64,000 bases of DNA from an uncultured Gemmatimonadales bacterium (GTDB lineage Bacteria; Gemmatimonadota; Gemmatimonadetes; Gemmatimonadales; GWC2-71-9), in the NCBI GenBank assembly GCA_963821525.1, contig CAWGED010000005.1, positions 320,001 through 384,000 on the forward strand, written 5' to 3'. A program made the position numbers and the translations under genes. Numbering within the stretch: position 1 is the stretch's first letter; every line of letters begins with the position of its first letter. Under the pieces are notes generated by a model. That model did not search any database, had not been told where the DNA came from, and was given only the letters and a program-made list of their open reading frames with translations. Positions 33,487-44,277 of the stretch are shown piece by piece.

Positions 33487-34518
33487 GTGCCAGAATTCAA
33501 TCAGATCGCCTGGACCGAGTCGGGGACGATTCGCATCCTCGATCAAACCAGGCTTCCCGGCGAAGAGACCTATCGCGAGCTGAGCCAGCCCGCGGACATG
33601 GCCGAGGCCATTCGCACTTTGAGGGTGCGGGGTGCACCGCTCATCGGCGTTGCCGCGGCGATGGGGGTGACGCTAGCGGCTCGGCGGCTCGGTGGCTCCG
33701 GGCCGCGGCTCGGCTAGAAGACGTTCTCGCTGCGTGTGACGTGCTGCAGGCGGACCCGGCCCACCGCGGTCAACCTTGCCTGGGCCCTCGAGCGCATGCG
33801 GAAGGTGGCACGGTCCGTCGCCGCGGGCGACGGTCTTCACGCTGCCCTCGTCGCCGAGGCAAATGCGATCTGGGAAGGGGACCGCGCCATGTGCCGCAGG
33901 ATCGGCGAAGCGGGACTCGCGCTTATCCCCGATGGCGCCGTTGTTCATACCCACTGCAACGCCGGCGCGCTCTGCTGCTCGGGGATCGGAACCGCCCTCG
34001 CCCCGGTCTACCTGGCACACGAGGCCGGACGGCGAGTCTCGGTAATCGCTGATGAAACGCGGCCGCTGCTCCAGGGAAGCCGGCTTACCGCATGGGAGCT
34101 GGGCAGGGCAGGGATCAGCTGCACCGTCATAGCCGACAACATGGCCGCGAGCCGGCTGCGCCGCGGCGGCATCACCTGTGTCATCGTCGGAGCCGATCGG
34201 ATCGCGGCGAACGGAGACGTCGCCAACAAGATCGGGACTTATGGAGTGGCCCTCGCCGCCCGGGAGCACGGCGTCCCCTTTTACGTCGCGGCGCCGACGT
34301 CGACGTTCGACTTCAACTCGGCGGACGGCAGCCGAATTCCCATCGAAGAGCGGGGAGCGGAGGAGATCCGAGCGGTAGGGGGTCAAGCCGTCGCCCCGGC
34401 AGGAGCCGCGGTATGGAATCCCGCGTTCGACGTTACCCCCGCGGAGCTGGTGGCGGGCTACATCACGGACAGGGGGATGAAAAGAAGGGATGAGTTGGAA
34501 GGACTGAGGACGGAGTAG
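33487..34518 (+). CDS. mtnA: S-methyl-5-thioribose-1-phosphate isomerase; two +1 frameshifts at about 33700-33755
   Basis: LDQTRLP, VRGAPLIG, RPTAVNL, THCNAG, ETRPLLQGSRLT, NKIGTY, NPAFDVTP. Confidence 0.92.
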
Positions 34519-34520
34519 AA

Positions 34521-34582
34521 GTACCGAGTACCTAGTACCGAGTACCGAGCAATTACCAATTACCAATTACCAATCAGCAATT
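34521..34582. repeat. Composite heptamer tandem array
   Basis: GTACCGA-GTACCTA-GTACCGA-GTACCGA, then GCAATTA-CCAATTA-CCAATTA-CCAATCA-GCAATT. Confidence 0.85.
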
Positions 34583-36062
34583 GTCCTCCATCCTCGCCCT
34601 CGACCAGGGAACAACTGGCAGCACAGCCATGGTCGTGCACCAGGACGGCCGTGTGTTGGGACGTGGTTATCGGGAATTCACCCAATATTTCCCGCAGCCC
34701 GGTTGGGTGGAGCACGATCCGGAAGAAATCTTTCGCATCACCCTGGATGCGGCCCGGGAGGCTCTGAGACAGGCCGGGGAGACGCCCGCCGGGATTGGAA
34801 TCACCAATCAGCGGGAGACGGTCGCCCTGTGGGATCGGAAGACCCTCACCCCGGTTGCCCCGGCCATCGTCTGGCAGGACCGGCGCACCGCGGAGCGTTG
34901 CCGCGAGCTCAAGGCCGAGGGGAAGGAGAGCCTGATTCGGCAGAAGACCGGACTGGTGCTCGATCCCTATTTCTCCGGCACCAAGCTCGAGTGGTTGCTG
35001 CGCGACCCGGGGCTGCGGCGCCGGGCGGAGCGAGGAGAAATCGCCGCTGGCACCATCGACACCTGGCTCATCGCGAAGCTCACCGGTGGCCGGGTCCACG
35101 TCACCGATCACACCAACGCGTCGCGCACTCTGCTGTATGATCTCGCTGCGCGCGATTGGGACGACACCCTGCTGGCGCTCTTCGGAGTGCCGCGCGGCAT
35201 CCTTCCGGCGATTGCGCCCTCCTCTCAAGTCGTGGGTGAGACCGACCGCGACTTGTTGGGCGCCGCGCTGCCGATCGCCGGAATCGCCGGCGATCAGCAG
35301 TCCGCGTTGTTCGGCCAAGGCTGTGTGCACCCCGGTCTGGCGAAGAACACCTACGGCACCGGCGCCTTTCTCCTCGCCTTCACCGGACAAGCCAAACCGC
35401 TTTCTCAAAATGGTCTGCTGACCACCTCGGCTTGCGGACCCAGGGGTGAACCTGCCTATGCGCTCGAGGGCAGTGTCTTCATCGCCGGGGCCGCAATCCA
35501 GTGGCTCCGCGACGGCCTCGGCCTGATCGGGACCGCGGGAGAGACAGAGTCTCTGGCCCGGAGCGTCCCGGACACCGGTGGAGTGCACATGGTTCCCGCT
35601 TTCGTGGGATTGGGCTCTCCTCACTGGGAGGCCGAGGCCAGGGGGACGATCGTCGGACTGACCCGGGGCACCACCCGGGCGCACCTCGTAAGAGCTGCGC
35701 TCGAGGCCATGGCCTACAGCACAAGGGACCTCCTCGACGCAATGATTACCGACGCCCACCTCACCCTCGAGGCGCTTCGGGTAGATGGAGGTGCGGCCGC
35801 GAACGATTGGATGATGCAGTTCCAGGCAGACCTGCTGGGTGTACCAGTCGAGCGGCCCGACAATATCGAGACCACAGCGCTTGGAGCCGCGGCATTGGCG
35901 GGACTCGCATTGGGCACGTGGCGTACGGTGGACGATTTCCTTGCGGGTCGAAATTTCCGGCGTTTCGAACCAGCTATCAACGATGCCGAGAGGGAGCGGC
36001 TCGTGGCGGGCTGGCAGCGCGCGGTGCACGCCACGCTCGCATGGGCGCGCTGGGTGCCCTAG
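34581..36062 (+). CDS. glpK: Glycerol kinase
   Basis: LDQGTT, GITNQRET, DPYFSGTK, GDQQ, KNTYGTG, RVDGG. Confidence 0.96.
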   Translation: MSSILALDQGTTGSTAMVVHQDGRVLGRGYREFTQYFPQPGWVEHDPEEIFRITLDAAREALRQAGETPAGIGITNQRETVALWDRKTLTPVAPAIVWQDRRTAERCRELKAEGKESLIRQKTGLVLDPYFSGTKLEWLLRDPGLRRRAERGEIAAGTIDTWLIAKLTGGRVHVTDHTNASRTLLYDLAARDWDDTLLALFGVPRGILPAIAPSSQVVGETDRDLLGAALPIAGIAGDQQSALFGQGCVHPGLAKNTYGTGAFLLAFTGQAKPLSQNGLLTTSACGPRGEPAYALEGSVFIAGAAIQWLRDGLGLIGTAGETESLARSVPDTGGVHMVPAFVGLGSPHWEAEARGTIVGLTRGTTRAHLVRAALEAMAYSTRDLLDAMITDAHLTLEALRVDGGAAANDWMMQFQADLLGVPVERPDNIETTALGAAALAGLALGTWRTVDDFLAGRNFRRFEPAINDAERERLVAGWQRAVHATLAWARWVP

Positions 36063-36072
36063 CCCCGCGGGG

Positions 36073-37629
36073 TTAGAACCTCCAGGTGAGCGAGCTGTAG
36101 AGCTGGTCGGTATGGTTGCCCGAGGCGTTTTCCCGACTTCCCGAGAGCAGCAGGTACCACGACCGCCCCAGCGAAATGTCCAGATCCGCACCCAGCCAGG
36201 AAATTGAGCGGTGGGTTGGAAACGCCAGCGGCTCATTTTCTTGTTGCACTCCCCCATTCAGCTCGAGATGCAGCGGTCCCGCAAGCTGGGCCCCAGCACT
36301 CAATGCATAGAGCCAGCCATCCAATCGCGGATTGGTGTAGCGGGTCACTCGGCCGTTTACTCCCAGACCGAAAGACGTGAGCTGATAGAGGCCACCCGTT
36401 GCGGTGATGGACGTCGCCGTGCCGGCCGGGCCGCCGAAGCTCGATCGCCCATCGGCACCGATTCGCCAGCGAGGACCGTTGAACGCGATCCCTCCCCAGG
36501 CTCCTTGTCGGTACTCGTCGTCGAACTGAGTCACCGGGTTCACCACATCCTCGTAGAGCCGCACATTGCGGCGTGTATCGTAGCCGCCGTAGAGAGAGAC
36601 GAGGCGATTCAATCGCAGGTTCGCGGTGAGGTAGGTACTGGTGAGAGATACAGACGCCTTCTCTCCGGCATCGACTTTCCAGGGCTGATAGTAGTCCAGC
36701 TCCTGGGATCCGAAGAGCGAGAGCCGCGGGTTATAAAACGAGGCCTGCACATACGCGAACTCCCGGTTCGCCTTGCCTTTGAAGTAGGAGCCGATCACGC
36801 CCGTCGTGACGGCCCATGCCTCGGTTGCTTCGCGGTGATGGACTCCCACGAAGCCACCAACCTGTTTCATGTCGGTGGAGAAGCCGAGGTCTGGGTCGGG
36901 CTGTGTCCCCGCGAAGACCCCAGCCCCCCAGCGCTGCTTATCCAGCTCGATTAACGCGCCATCGAAGAGACTGAGAGCCGAGAGGCTCTGAGAGAACTGC
37001 CGGCCGATGGTGGCCCGCCACGGCGAGGTGGTCCGCTGCCAGAAAAGGTTCGCCTCGTAGGCACGCGCCCGGTCGTCGACCAGGGTGGAGCCGTCGCTCA
37101 GGGTGCTCGTAGTCCGACGCGCCCGAAAATCCAGATCGATGCCCAGCCCGGAATCCCACAGGTTCTGACCCGCCAACCGTAGATCCGCCGCCGGCTGCCC
37201 GTATCCGACATTTCCTGCGCCATCCTTGACCACGAGATAGCGGGCTCCAACCCTGCCGTGGAGCAACCCCGCCTCCGGGCGGCCGCTCGCTGTGGTGCCC
37301 CGCACCGAGTCGTGAGTGACAGGCGCCGCCGCCACGGCAGGCGTGAACCTCACTTGATCTCCTACCTGGATGGCCGGATTGCCTTCGACCAGCTGGCAGA
37401 CGGACTGGTGGGACGAGAGGTACTGCACCCGAAGCTGTGCTACGGTGGAATCGCCGTGAAAGATGAAAACCTCGCTACCCTCCACCAGCCCATCCTGACG
37501 GCCCTTATTGATGTAGTAGGATCCCCCCACCACGTAGGTAACCCGCGCAGGACCGGTGCTCGCCGAATCCTGGGCGGCGAGAGTAGTGGCCCAGAGGGCC
37601 AAGAGCAGAACTCCGGAGACCCGTTGCAT
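36073..37629 (-). CDS. Outer-membrane beta-barrel porin of conduit 1, with N-terminal FlgT-C-like domain
   Basis: Signal peptide from ATG 37629; alternating amphipathic strands; C-terminal SLTWRF; downstream of two multiheme cytochromes. Confidence 0.8.
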   Translation of the reverse strand: MQRVSGVLLLALWATTLAAQDSASTGPARVTYVVGGSYYINKGRQDGLVEGSEVFIFHGDSTVAQLRVQYLSSHQSVCQLVEGNPAIQVGDQVRFTPAVAAAPVTHDSVRGTTASGRPEAGLLHGRVGARYLVVKDGAGNVGYGQPAADLRLAGQNLWDSGLGIDLDFRARRTTSTLSDGSTLVDDRARAYEANLFWQRTTSPWRATIGRQFSQSLSALSLFDGALIELDKQRWGAGVFAGTQPDPDLGFSTDMKQVGGFVGVHHREATEAWAVTTGVIGSYFKGKANREFAYVQASFYNPRLSLFGSQELDYYQPWKVDAGEKASVSLTSTYLTANLRLNRLVSLYGGYDTRRNVRLYEDVVNPVTQFDDEYRQGAWGGIAFNGPRWRIGADGRSSFGGPAGTATSITATGGLYQLTSFGLGVNGRVTRYTNPRLDGWLYALSAGAQLAGPLHLELNGGVQQENEPLAFPTHRSISWLGADLDISLGRSWYLLLSGSRENASGNHTDQLYSSLTWRF

Positions 37630-38903
37630 CAATCGCCACCTCGGCCATTTGGATGGCAGCTGAGGCAGGCCGTGCTGACGTACGAATAGCCGGCCCGCCC
37701 GTGGTGTTTGCTGTCCATCGAGGCCTGATTGTGTTCGTGACACACGAGACAGGTGAACTGGCGGAAGTCGCTCGCCACCTGGTGGCAGGTGGAGCAACTG
37801 CTCCAGGTGCCACGGTGGCTCCCGCTGTAGATCGGGAAGAACGGTCCATCGTGTGCGAACACGGCGCCGGGCCACCGGGTCGTGTTGTGGCAGGAGGCGC
37901 AGTCGGTGGGGAAGCCGGCGCCCTGGTGAGCCGGATTGGTGGTCGCATTGTAGTCCGCGAGGTGGCAGCTCACGCACTGGTTGCTCTTGCCGATGTAGAC
38001 CCCATCGTTGTGACACTGCTGGCAGGTCGCTGCCTTATGCGCCCCCGTGAGCGGGAATTGAGTCCGCGAGTGATTAAACGGCGCGGTCCACGACGCGGTC
38101 GTGTGGCAGCTCACGCAGTCCGTGGGGAACGCGGCCTGGGCATGATTGGGTTGCGAGGTCTGGTTGTAGTCGTTCTGGTGACACGCGACGCATTGCGTCG
38201 ATGCGCCGGTGAAATTGTTTCCGACGTGACACTGGTCGCAGGGCACCGCACGGTGCGCGCCGGTAAGCGGGAAACCACTGCCGTCGTGATTGAACCGGGC
38301 CGGGTTCCACGCCACCGTGCCGTGGCACTGGTTGCAGGTCGTTGGGAATCCGCCGGCGAGGTGATTCGGATTGGACGCCGATTGGTAGGCGCTTTGATGG
38401 CAGCTCACGCAGTCGGTCGGGACCGCGAGGAACACCATCTGTCCCTGGGCCTGGGCCACGTGGCAAGACCGGCAATCGGTCACCAGATGGGCGCCATCCA
38501 GCGGGAACCGGGTGAGTTGGTGACCTCGGGTCATGGCCGCGCGATCGACGAAGCTTCTGGTCGTGTGGCAGCTGGAGCAGACGGTACCGAGCTCGCCGCG
38601 GTGGAGATCCTGGTGGCAGGACACGCAGGCCGGGTCCGCGTCACTGAAGGCCAGCGAAGCGTGGCAGGCCCGGCAGGTGGTCGAGGCGTGGGATCCGGTC
38701 AGGGCGAAGCCCTTCTTGGCATGGTCGAACGCACGGCTGATCCGCGCCGGTGTCCAGCCCTCCGGGGCATGGCAGGTGCTGCATTCTTCCTTAAGCGCGC
38801 CATGTGGGGAACGCGTCGCCTCCTGAGCCCACCCCTGACTGGCCAGGAGGCAGCCAAGCAACGCGAGTCCGACGGCTGGGCCGACACCCCGATCCCGAGT
38901 CAT
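37629..38903 (-). CDS. Secreted 16-heme cytochrome c
   Basis: Signal peptide; 16 CxxCH counted; repeated FPLTGAH triheme modules. Confidence 0.93.
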   Translation of the reverse strand: MTRDRGVGPAVGLALLGCLLASQGWAQEATRSPHGALKEECSTCHAPEGWTPARISRAFDHAKKGFALTGSHASTTCRACHASLAFSDADPACVSCHQDLHRGELGTVCSSCHTTRSFVDRAAMTRGHQLTRFPLDGAHLVTDCRSCHVAQAQGQMVFLAVPTDCVSCHQSAYQSASNPNHLAGGFPTTCNQCHGTVAWNPARFNHDGSGFPLTGAHRAVPCDQCHVGNNFTGASTQCVACHQNDYNQTSQPNHAQAAFPTDCVSCHTTASWTAPFNHSRTQFPLTGAHKAATCQQCHNDGVYIGKSNQCVSCHLADYNATTNPAHQGAGFPTDCASCHNTTRWPGAVFAHDGPFFPIYSGSHRGTWSSCSTCHQVASDFRQFTCLVCHEHNQASMDSKHHGRAGYSYVSTACLSCHPNGRGGD

Positions 38904-40904
38904 GTGCCTCTCGGTTCGCCGTGGCAGCTTTCACACTTGGTCGAAACGGGCCGGTAGATCGTCGCTCCCGAGCGGTCCCTTGTGTGGCAGCCGCTGCATG
39001 GGACCGCCTCGTGCGCACCCTTCAGGGAGAAGTGTGTGTCACGGTTGTGGTCGAATCGGGAAGCCGGCGTGAATCCGTCGAGACCGTGACAGGCGTCGCA
39101 CTTGCCGCGATCCACGCGGGTGGCGAACTGATCGCCGTGCGGGCCTTGGTGACACTCTGCACACCCCGTCTTGGCCGCGAGCTTGAGCGGTGCGAACGCG
39201 GTGCCCGAGGCGGCCAGGCTGGAACCCGCCCGCCCCCTGTGCTGGAGGTCTCCATGACACGAGGCACAGGGGACTGCCCGGTGGGCACCTTGGAGCGGTA
39301 GCGCGAAGCGGTTGTGGGTATCGATGGTGATGGTCGAGGGGCGAAAGCTCTCCTGATCGTGACACGCGAGGCACCCTTCCGGCTGGGGTTGCTCACCACC
39401 CTGCGCAAATCGTCCTTGATGCGGATCCAGGTGACAGTCGGTGCAATTCGTTTCTGGGGGCCGGAACAGGAACCCGCCTTTGCCCAGTGCAACCGGGGCA
39501 CTCAGCACCCTGAGTCCGGGGCGCTTCGAACCATGGCAAGCCGAGCACGACACGGTGCCGTGTTTCCCCGCGAGAGTCACCCGCAGGTTCGCATGGTCTC
39601 GGAGGTCATACCGGCTGGGCTTCCAGCCGATCGCGATGTGGCAGGCACTGCACTCGCCCTTGTCGGGGCGGGTCGCCAGCTGGCCGCCGTGCTCGTCGGC
39701 GTGGCAGTCGAGGCACTTGGTGGCTGAGGGTCGGAGGATTACTCGGGCGCTGCCATAACGCGCGACCGGCGCCGTGAGGTCCTTGCGATGACACTGAGCG
39801 CAGGGTACGGCCTGGTGCTCTCCCTCGAGCGGGAACTTCGTCTTCGCGTGCTGCGCCACGCTCAACTGACCCGGACTGAAACCGGTAACGTCATGGCACG
39901 AGGCACAGTCCACCGCGATTCCCCCCAGTGTCGCGGTGCCACCGTGCGGATCGCTATGACACGCGGCGCAGGTGGCGAACGGCGGCCGCTTGCCTTGTTC
40001 GGTTCGGAAATCGTGGCACTTCGCGCAGGGGATGGACGCGTGCCGGCCGCGCAGGGGATACCGGGTGCGGTCGTGATCGAACGCCTGTTTCTCGATGGTT
40101 CCGAAACTCCGCGTGGAATGGCAGCCGGAGCAGGTGGCGCCCAGACGCCCGGCATGGGGATCCGCGTGGCACGCAGAGCATTGCCCGTGGGGAACCGGGC
40201 GGTATCTCGGTACGCGGTGACCCAGAGCGTCGTTCTTGAGGCCGAGTCTGGGGTCGAGGTGACATTGGCGACACGTCACCTCGGCATGCTTTCCGGTGAG
40301 TGGGTAGGCCGTCGAGTCGTGAGAGAATCCGGGGGTGACCTTCCATTTCCCTGCATCATGGCACCTGGCGCAGTCCTGTCCCAAGGCGCCTCGATGAACG
40401 TCCTCGTGGCACGACACGCACTCCCGAGACAATCCGGTCCAACTCTGGACGGTGCGCTGCACCGCGAGCTTCGCGGCCGGTGAGATCCGGAATTTCGTGG
40501 TGTGACAGTCGGCGCACTTCGCTCGTCGGTGACTTTGCTCCAGGGTCCAGCCCGCTCGCGCGTGATCAAAGCCTTCTGGAGTTCCATCCGGCCACTTGAT
40601 GAGGGCGAAGTCACGGCCTGCGTGGTCCGGGTGGCAGGACGCGCAGGTCTGCTCCCCGGAGAGCACCGTGGGGGCCTTCGCGCCGTGCGGCGAGCCAGCC
40701 GATGTCCTTGTGACAGTCCACGCAGAGCGTATCCATGGCTTCCTTCCGTCCTCCATGGCACCGGGTACAGTTCAGCGTCCCTTCGAGCTCCCGGTGTGCG
40801 CTGGCCAACGGGCCAGGTGAGATCTGGGCCTGCGATCGTGGAGCGCCTGCGATGAGAAGGCCGACCGCCAGAGCCGTGACTCGCACGGCTCGCGCGGTCT
40901 TCAC
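38900..40904 (-). CDS. Periplasmic ~23-heme cytochrome c; frameshift near 40660
   Basis: Signal peptide and QISPGPLASAH with 2 CxxCH in frame 40611..41180, plus 21 CxxCH in frame 38900..40756. Confidence 0.9.
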
Positions 40905-41889
40905 CAGAACCACGTCGCCCCGAGCGCGACCACGACGCCCACATGGATCAGCACGGCCACGAGCGCTGTGATGGCAAACGGTCGGTGGGCCACATGCCAG
41001 TAGCGAAAGAGCCGTTGCGTCACCCCGAGCATCCGGGCTTGCTGAGTGAGAGCCATTTCCCGGTTGGCCAGGCGAAGCACGGTTCGAGAGTGCTCGTCGG
41101 TCCAGGCGCCGGGCAGTGCCGTTCCTTGCCTCCACTCTGTCGTCGCAGGACTCGGGCGGCTCGGCGACGGTCAAGGTCATCCTTCAGCATCAGGCCGACG
41201 CTGCGAACCAGGCCGATCCCTTCAGTCGGGCTGGGGTCAGAGCGGAGGGTGCCCTCGATTTCCTCCCTCGTCAGTCCGGTTTCGGTCGCGATCTGCAGGA
41301 TGAGTTCGTTGCGTTGCGCCGCCGTCTCCTCGGCGCTCAGCTCGAGCCCGCTCTGTCCCCGCGGAATCCGCACGTACAGGTATCGGCCCGCGATGCCGCT
41401 GGCGCAGACCACGATCATCGAGAGGTATCCCAGCCCGATCAGTCCATCGAACCGCCAGCTGGCATGGATGGCGGCGATCAGAGGGAGCGCCAGACGCCAC
41501 CAGGACGTGGGCATCCATCCAGCGCGACATCGATCCGGTCCACGCCAGCCAGCGGTATTTCTTGCGGAAGGGATAGAGCCAGAGAACAGGAAGATGAGCA
41601 ATGCCAGGATGCCGGCGGATTGCCCGATATAGCCCGAGGGCCGCAGCCACGGATGCCATGGCGAACGCACTCGCTCCGCAGGTGCGGCGAGATAGTACGG
41701 AGCCCCGATGAGAGAGATCGCGACCAGGACCGCGAGGACCGCCGCCAGCCCTCGCGGTGTGGCCGGCTTCGTCGCGGCCCGTGGAGGATTCGTCTCACCG
41801 CCGACCGGGGAGGGAGGCGCTACCTTGGTGGTCACGGGACGAGGGCGGGTTGCCAGCTTGAGCGCCCCGGGACGGACTGTTCGTTTCAT
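40901..41889 (-). CDS. Inner-membrane protein, ~4 TM with His motifs (b-heme/ferric-reductase-like); several frameshifts
   Basis: Stitched frames give LYPFRKK..W...WMDAHV, IAAIHASWRF, SGIAGRYLY and C-terminal LFRYWHVAHRPF...LIHVGVV. Confidence 0.75.
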
Positions 41890-42070
41890 GAAGGCTCGTT
41901 CAAAATGTTGGTCGGTACGCCGCGTGCATTACTGCAAAGGAGAAACCGTGGGGATGGAGCGAGGGTTGCTGGTGTAACAGATGATGCCACATAGAATTGC
42001 CGCGCAGCTCCAAGGCTGCTAACGGCTCCGCGAGTGCTACGCGTTGATCCACCTGTAACGAGTCGTTGCA

Positions 42071-43409
42071 ATGCTTGCTTATTTGACATTATTGGCGATC
42101 CTCGCTTTCACGATTGTCGCCCAGGTTCGGCGTATGCACCGTCGCGACCGCGAGGCTCGAGCTGCGGCATCCCGCGGCGGCCTGGTCACGGAAGGACCCC
42201 GGGCACAACATCCGCACATCGACGTGGATCACTGCATAGGCTGTGGTGCGTGCGTTGATGCTTGCCCGGAGGGAGACGTACTCGCCGTCATCGGCGGGAA
42301 AGCCGCGATCGCCAAAGGACACAAATGCATCGGTCACGGGCTCTGCGCCGAGGCTTGCCCGGTCGGCGCGATCGAGATCGTCATGGCCGCGGCGAGCATC
42401 AGCGCAGATCTGCCGCAACTCAGCGCCGACTATGAAACCAACGTTCCCGGGTCTCTTCATCGCCGGAGAGCTGGGCGGACTTGCCCTGATCAAGAACGCG
42501 ATCAATCAGGGTCGTGACTGCGTGGACACGATCGCCCGGCGGGTGGCCCAGACCCGCGGACCTCGCTCAGTCGAGGTTCACGACGTCTGCATTGTCGGAG
42601 CCGGTCCGGGAGGGATCAGCGCTTCGCTCCGCGCCATTGAGCGCAAGCTCTCGTATGTCACGCTGGAACAGGACGAATTGGGCGGGACGGTAGCCAAGTA
42701 CCCTCGACAGAAACTGGTCCTGACGAGCCCGGTCGAATTGCCGCTCTATGGGAAGTTCAAGAAACTCGAGATCTCGAAAGAGGACCTGCTGGAGGTGTGG
42801 GCGGAGCTCTCGGACAAGGTGGGGTTGGTCGTCAACACTCGGGAGCGGGTGGACCACCTGATTCGAGAGCCGGACGGCACCTTCCGCATCGAGACCTCGA
42901 ACGGACGCTATCGGGCCCGCCACGTGATCCTGGCCCTGGGTCGCCGGGGCACGCCCCGCAAACTTGGTGTTCCCGGCGAGGAACTCTCCCATGTCATGTA
43001 CAGCCTGATCGATGCGGAGGCGTATACCGACAAGAGGATTCTGGTGGTGGGTGGAGGTGACAGCGCGGTGGAGGCCGCTATGGGTCTGGCTCACCAGCGA
43101 GGAAACCGCGTCGTCGTCTCCTATCGGGCTGCGGAGTTCACGCGGCTCAAGGAGCGGAATGCGCGAGGCCTGCAGGAAGCCGTGAAATCAGGCCGACTCG
43201 AGGTAGTGCTGAATTCCCTGCCGACCGAGATCAGCAGCGAAGCGGTGCTGCTTCGGATCGGCGAGGGTACTCGCCGGATCTCAGCCGATTATGTATGGAT
43301 CTTCATAGGGGGCACGCCCCCCAATCACTTCCTGGAAAAGGCCGGGGTCATCCTTGGGGCACGGGACCTGACCGCCGAGGCGGCGGCAGAGGCATTGCGG
43401 GTCGCCTGA
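42071..43409 (+). CDS. Membrane-anchored 2x[4Fe-4S] ferredoxin fused to thioredoxin-reductase-like FAD/NAD(P) oxidoreductase; frameshift near 42450
   Basis: TM helix; CIGCGACVDACP and CIGHGLCAEACP; TNVPGLFIAGELGG; VGAGPGG; VVGGGDSAVE. Confidence 0.88.
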
Positions 43410-43465
43410 CGCGCTGCGAAGGCTCCGCTCGCGGAGTATATTGGACGCAGCAATCACGTGGAGTC

Positions 43466-43891
43466 ATGATGAAACCGGGACACAAATTCCTACTGGGCGC
43501 CGCCATCATCGTTGGCGCCGTTGCCTTGCTGATGATCGAAGGGGTCAAGGAGTTTGGTCAGTATTCCCTCACACCGACCGAACTTGCCGCCAAGACGGCC
43601 GCCGATTCCTCGTTCTACAACCTCGGCCTGAAGATGAACGCCAAAGTGGTTCCCGGAACGATCAAGCGGGACCCGGCGTCTCAGACCATCGATTTCGAGG
43701 TGACCGACGGCAGTCACACCTATCCTGTGAGTTATCACGGGCTGGCGCCCGACACCTTCACCGACCAGCAGGATATCGAAGTGGTCGTCGAGGGCCGGCT
43801 GGGGCGGGATGGGGTGTTCCGCGCCACGACACTGCTGGCCAAGTGCGGCTCGCGCTACTCCGGCAAGTACGCGGAGGGAAAGAAGGTGTAG
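43466..43891 (+). CDS. ccmE: Cytochrome c maturation heme chaperone CcmE (CxxxY type)
   Basis: N-terminal TM, V.YHG..PDTF, VVVEG..., LLAKCGSRY. Confidence 0.88.
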   Translation: MMKPGHKFLLGAAIIVGAVALLMIEGVKEFGQYSLTPTELAAKTAADSSFYNLGLKMNAKVVPGTIKRDPASQTIDFEVTDGSHTYPVSYHGLAPDTFTDQQDIEVVVEGRLGRDGVFRATTLLAKCGSRYSGKYAEGKKV

Positions 43892-43927
43892 CTGTCCCGG
43901 TAGGCTAGGCGGCGGTGGCTCGCGGGG

Positions 43928-43965
43928 GGGCCGGCTTCGGATTACGAAGCCGGCCCTTTGTTTTT
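43928..43965 (+). terminator. Intrinsic terminator
   Basis: GGGCCGGCTTCG-GATTA-CGAAGCCGGCCC followed by TTTGTTTTT. Confidence 0.85.
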
Positions 43966-44277
43966 GGGGAGTGACTCTCGAGCCTGCCGAGCCCACGCGG
44001 CCACTGAGCCGCAGCCGCATGAGGAAAACTTCATCCCTCATTCCGGGTCCTTTTAGCGCCCGTCCCCCAACGTAGCCCAACCCCGTTGAGTTCGCGGGAT
44101 CACCCTCGGCCACGGCTGTCGTGACGTGTCAAACAGCTCCGCCGGTCATTGTCGGACCCCTTCGCAGAGGCACTCATGGTGCGAGAGTGCCAGGCTTGCT
44201 GGCTTCACGCCAGTCCCCCCACGGGCGGAGCCCACGGGCGCGCCGGGTCGCCAATCCTCTCTTACCCGCGACTACCT

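Noticed and set aside
34521..34582. Short repeats as a CRISPR array
   Set aside because: 7-bp tandem units without spacers; no cas genes in the window
43966..44277. Moco riboswitch or FNR/CRP box upstream of the NapA-like gene
   Set aside because: No recognisable Moco-motif elements; CGTGA-N6-AAACA near 44120 is only a half match
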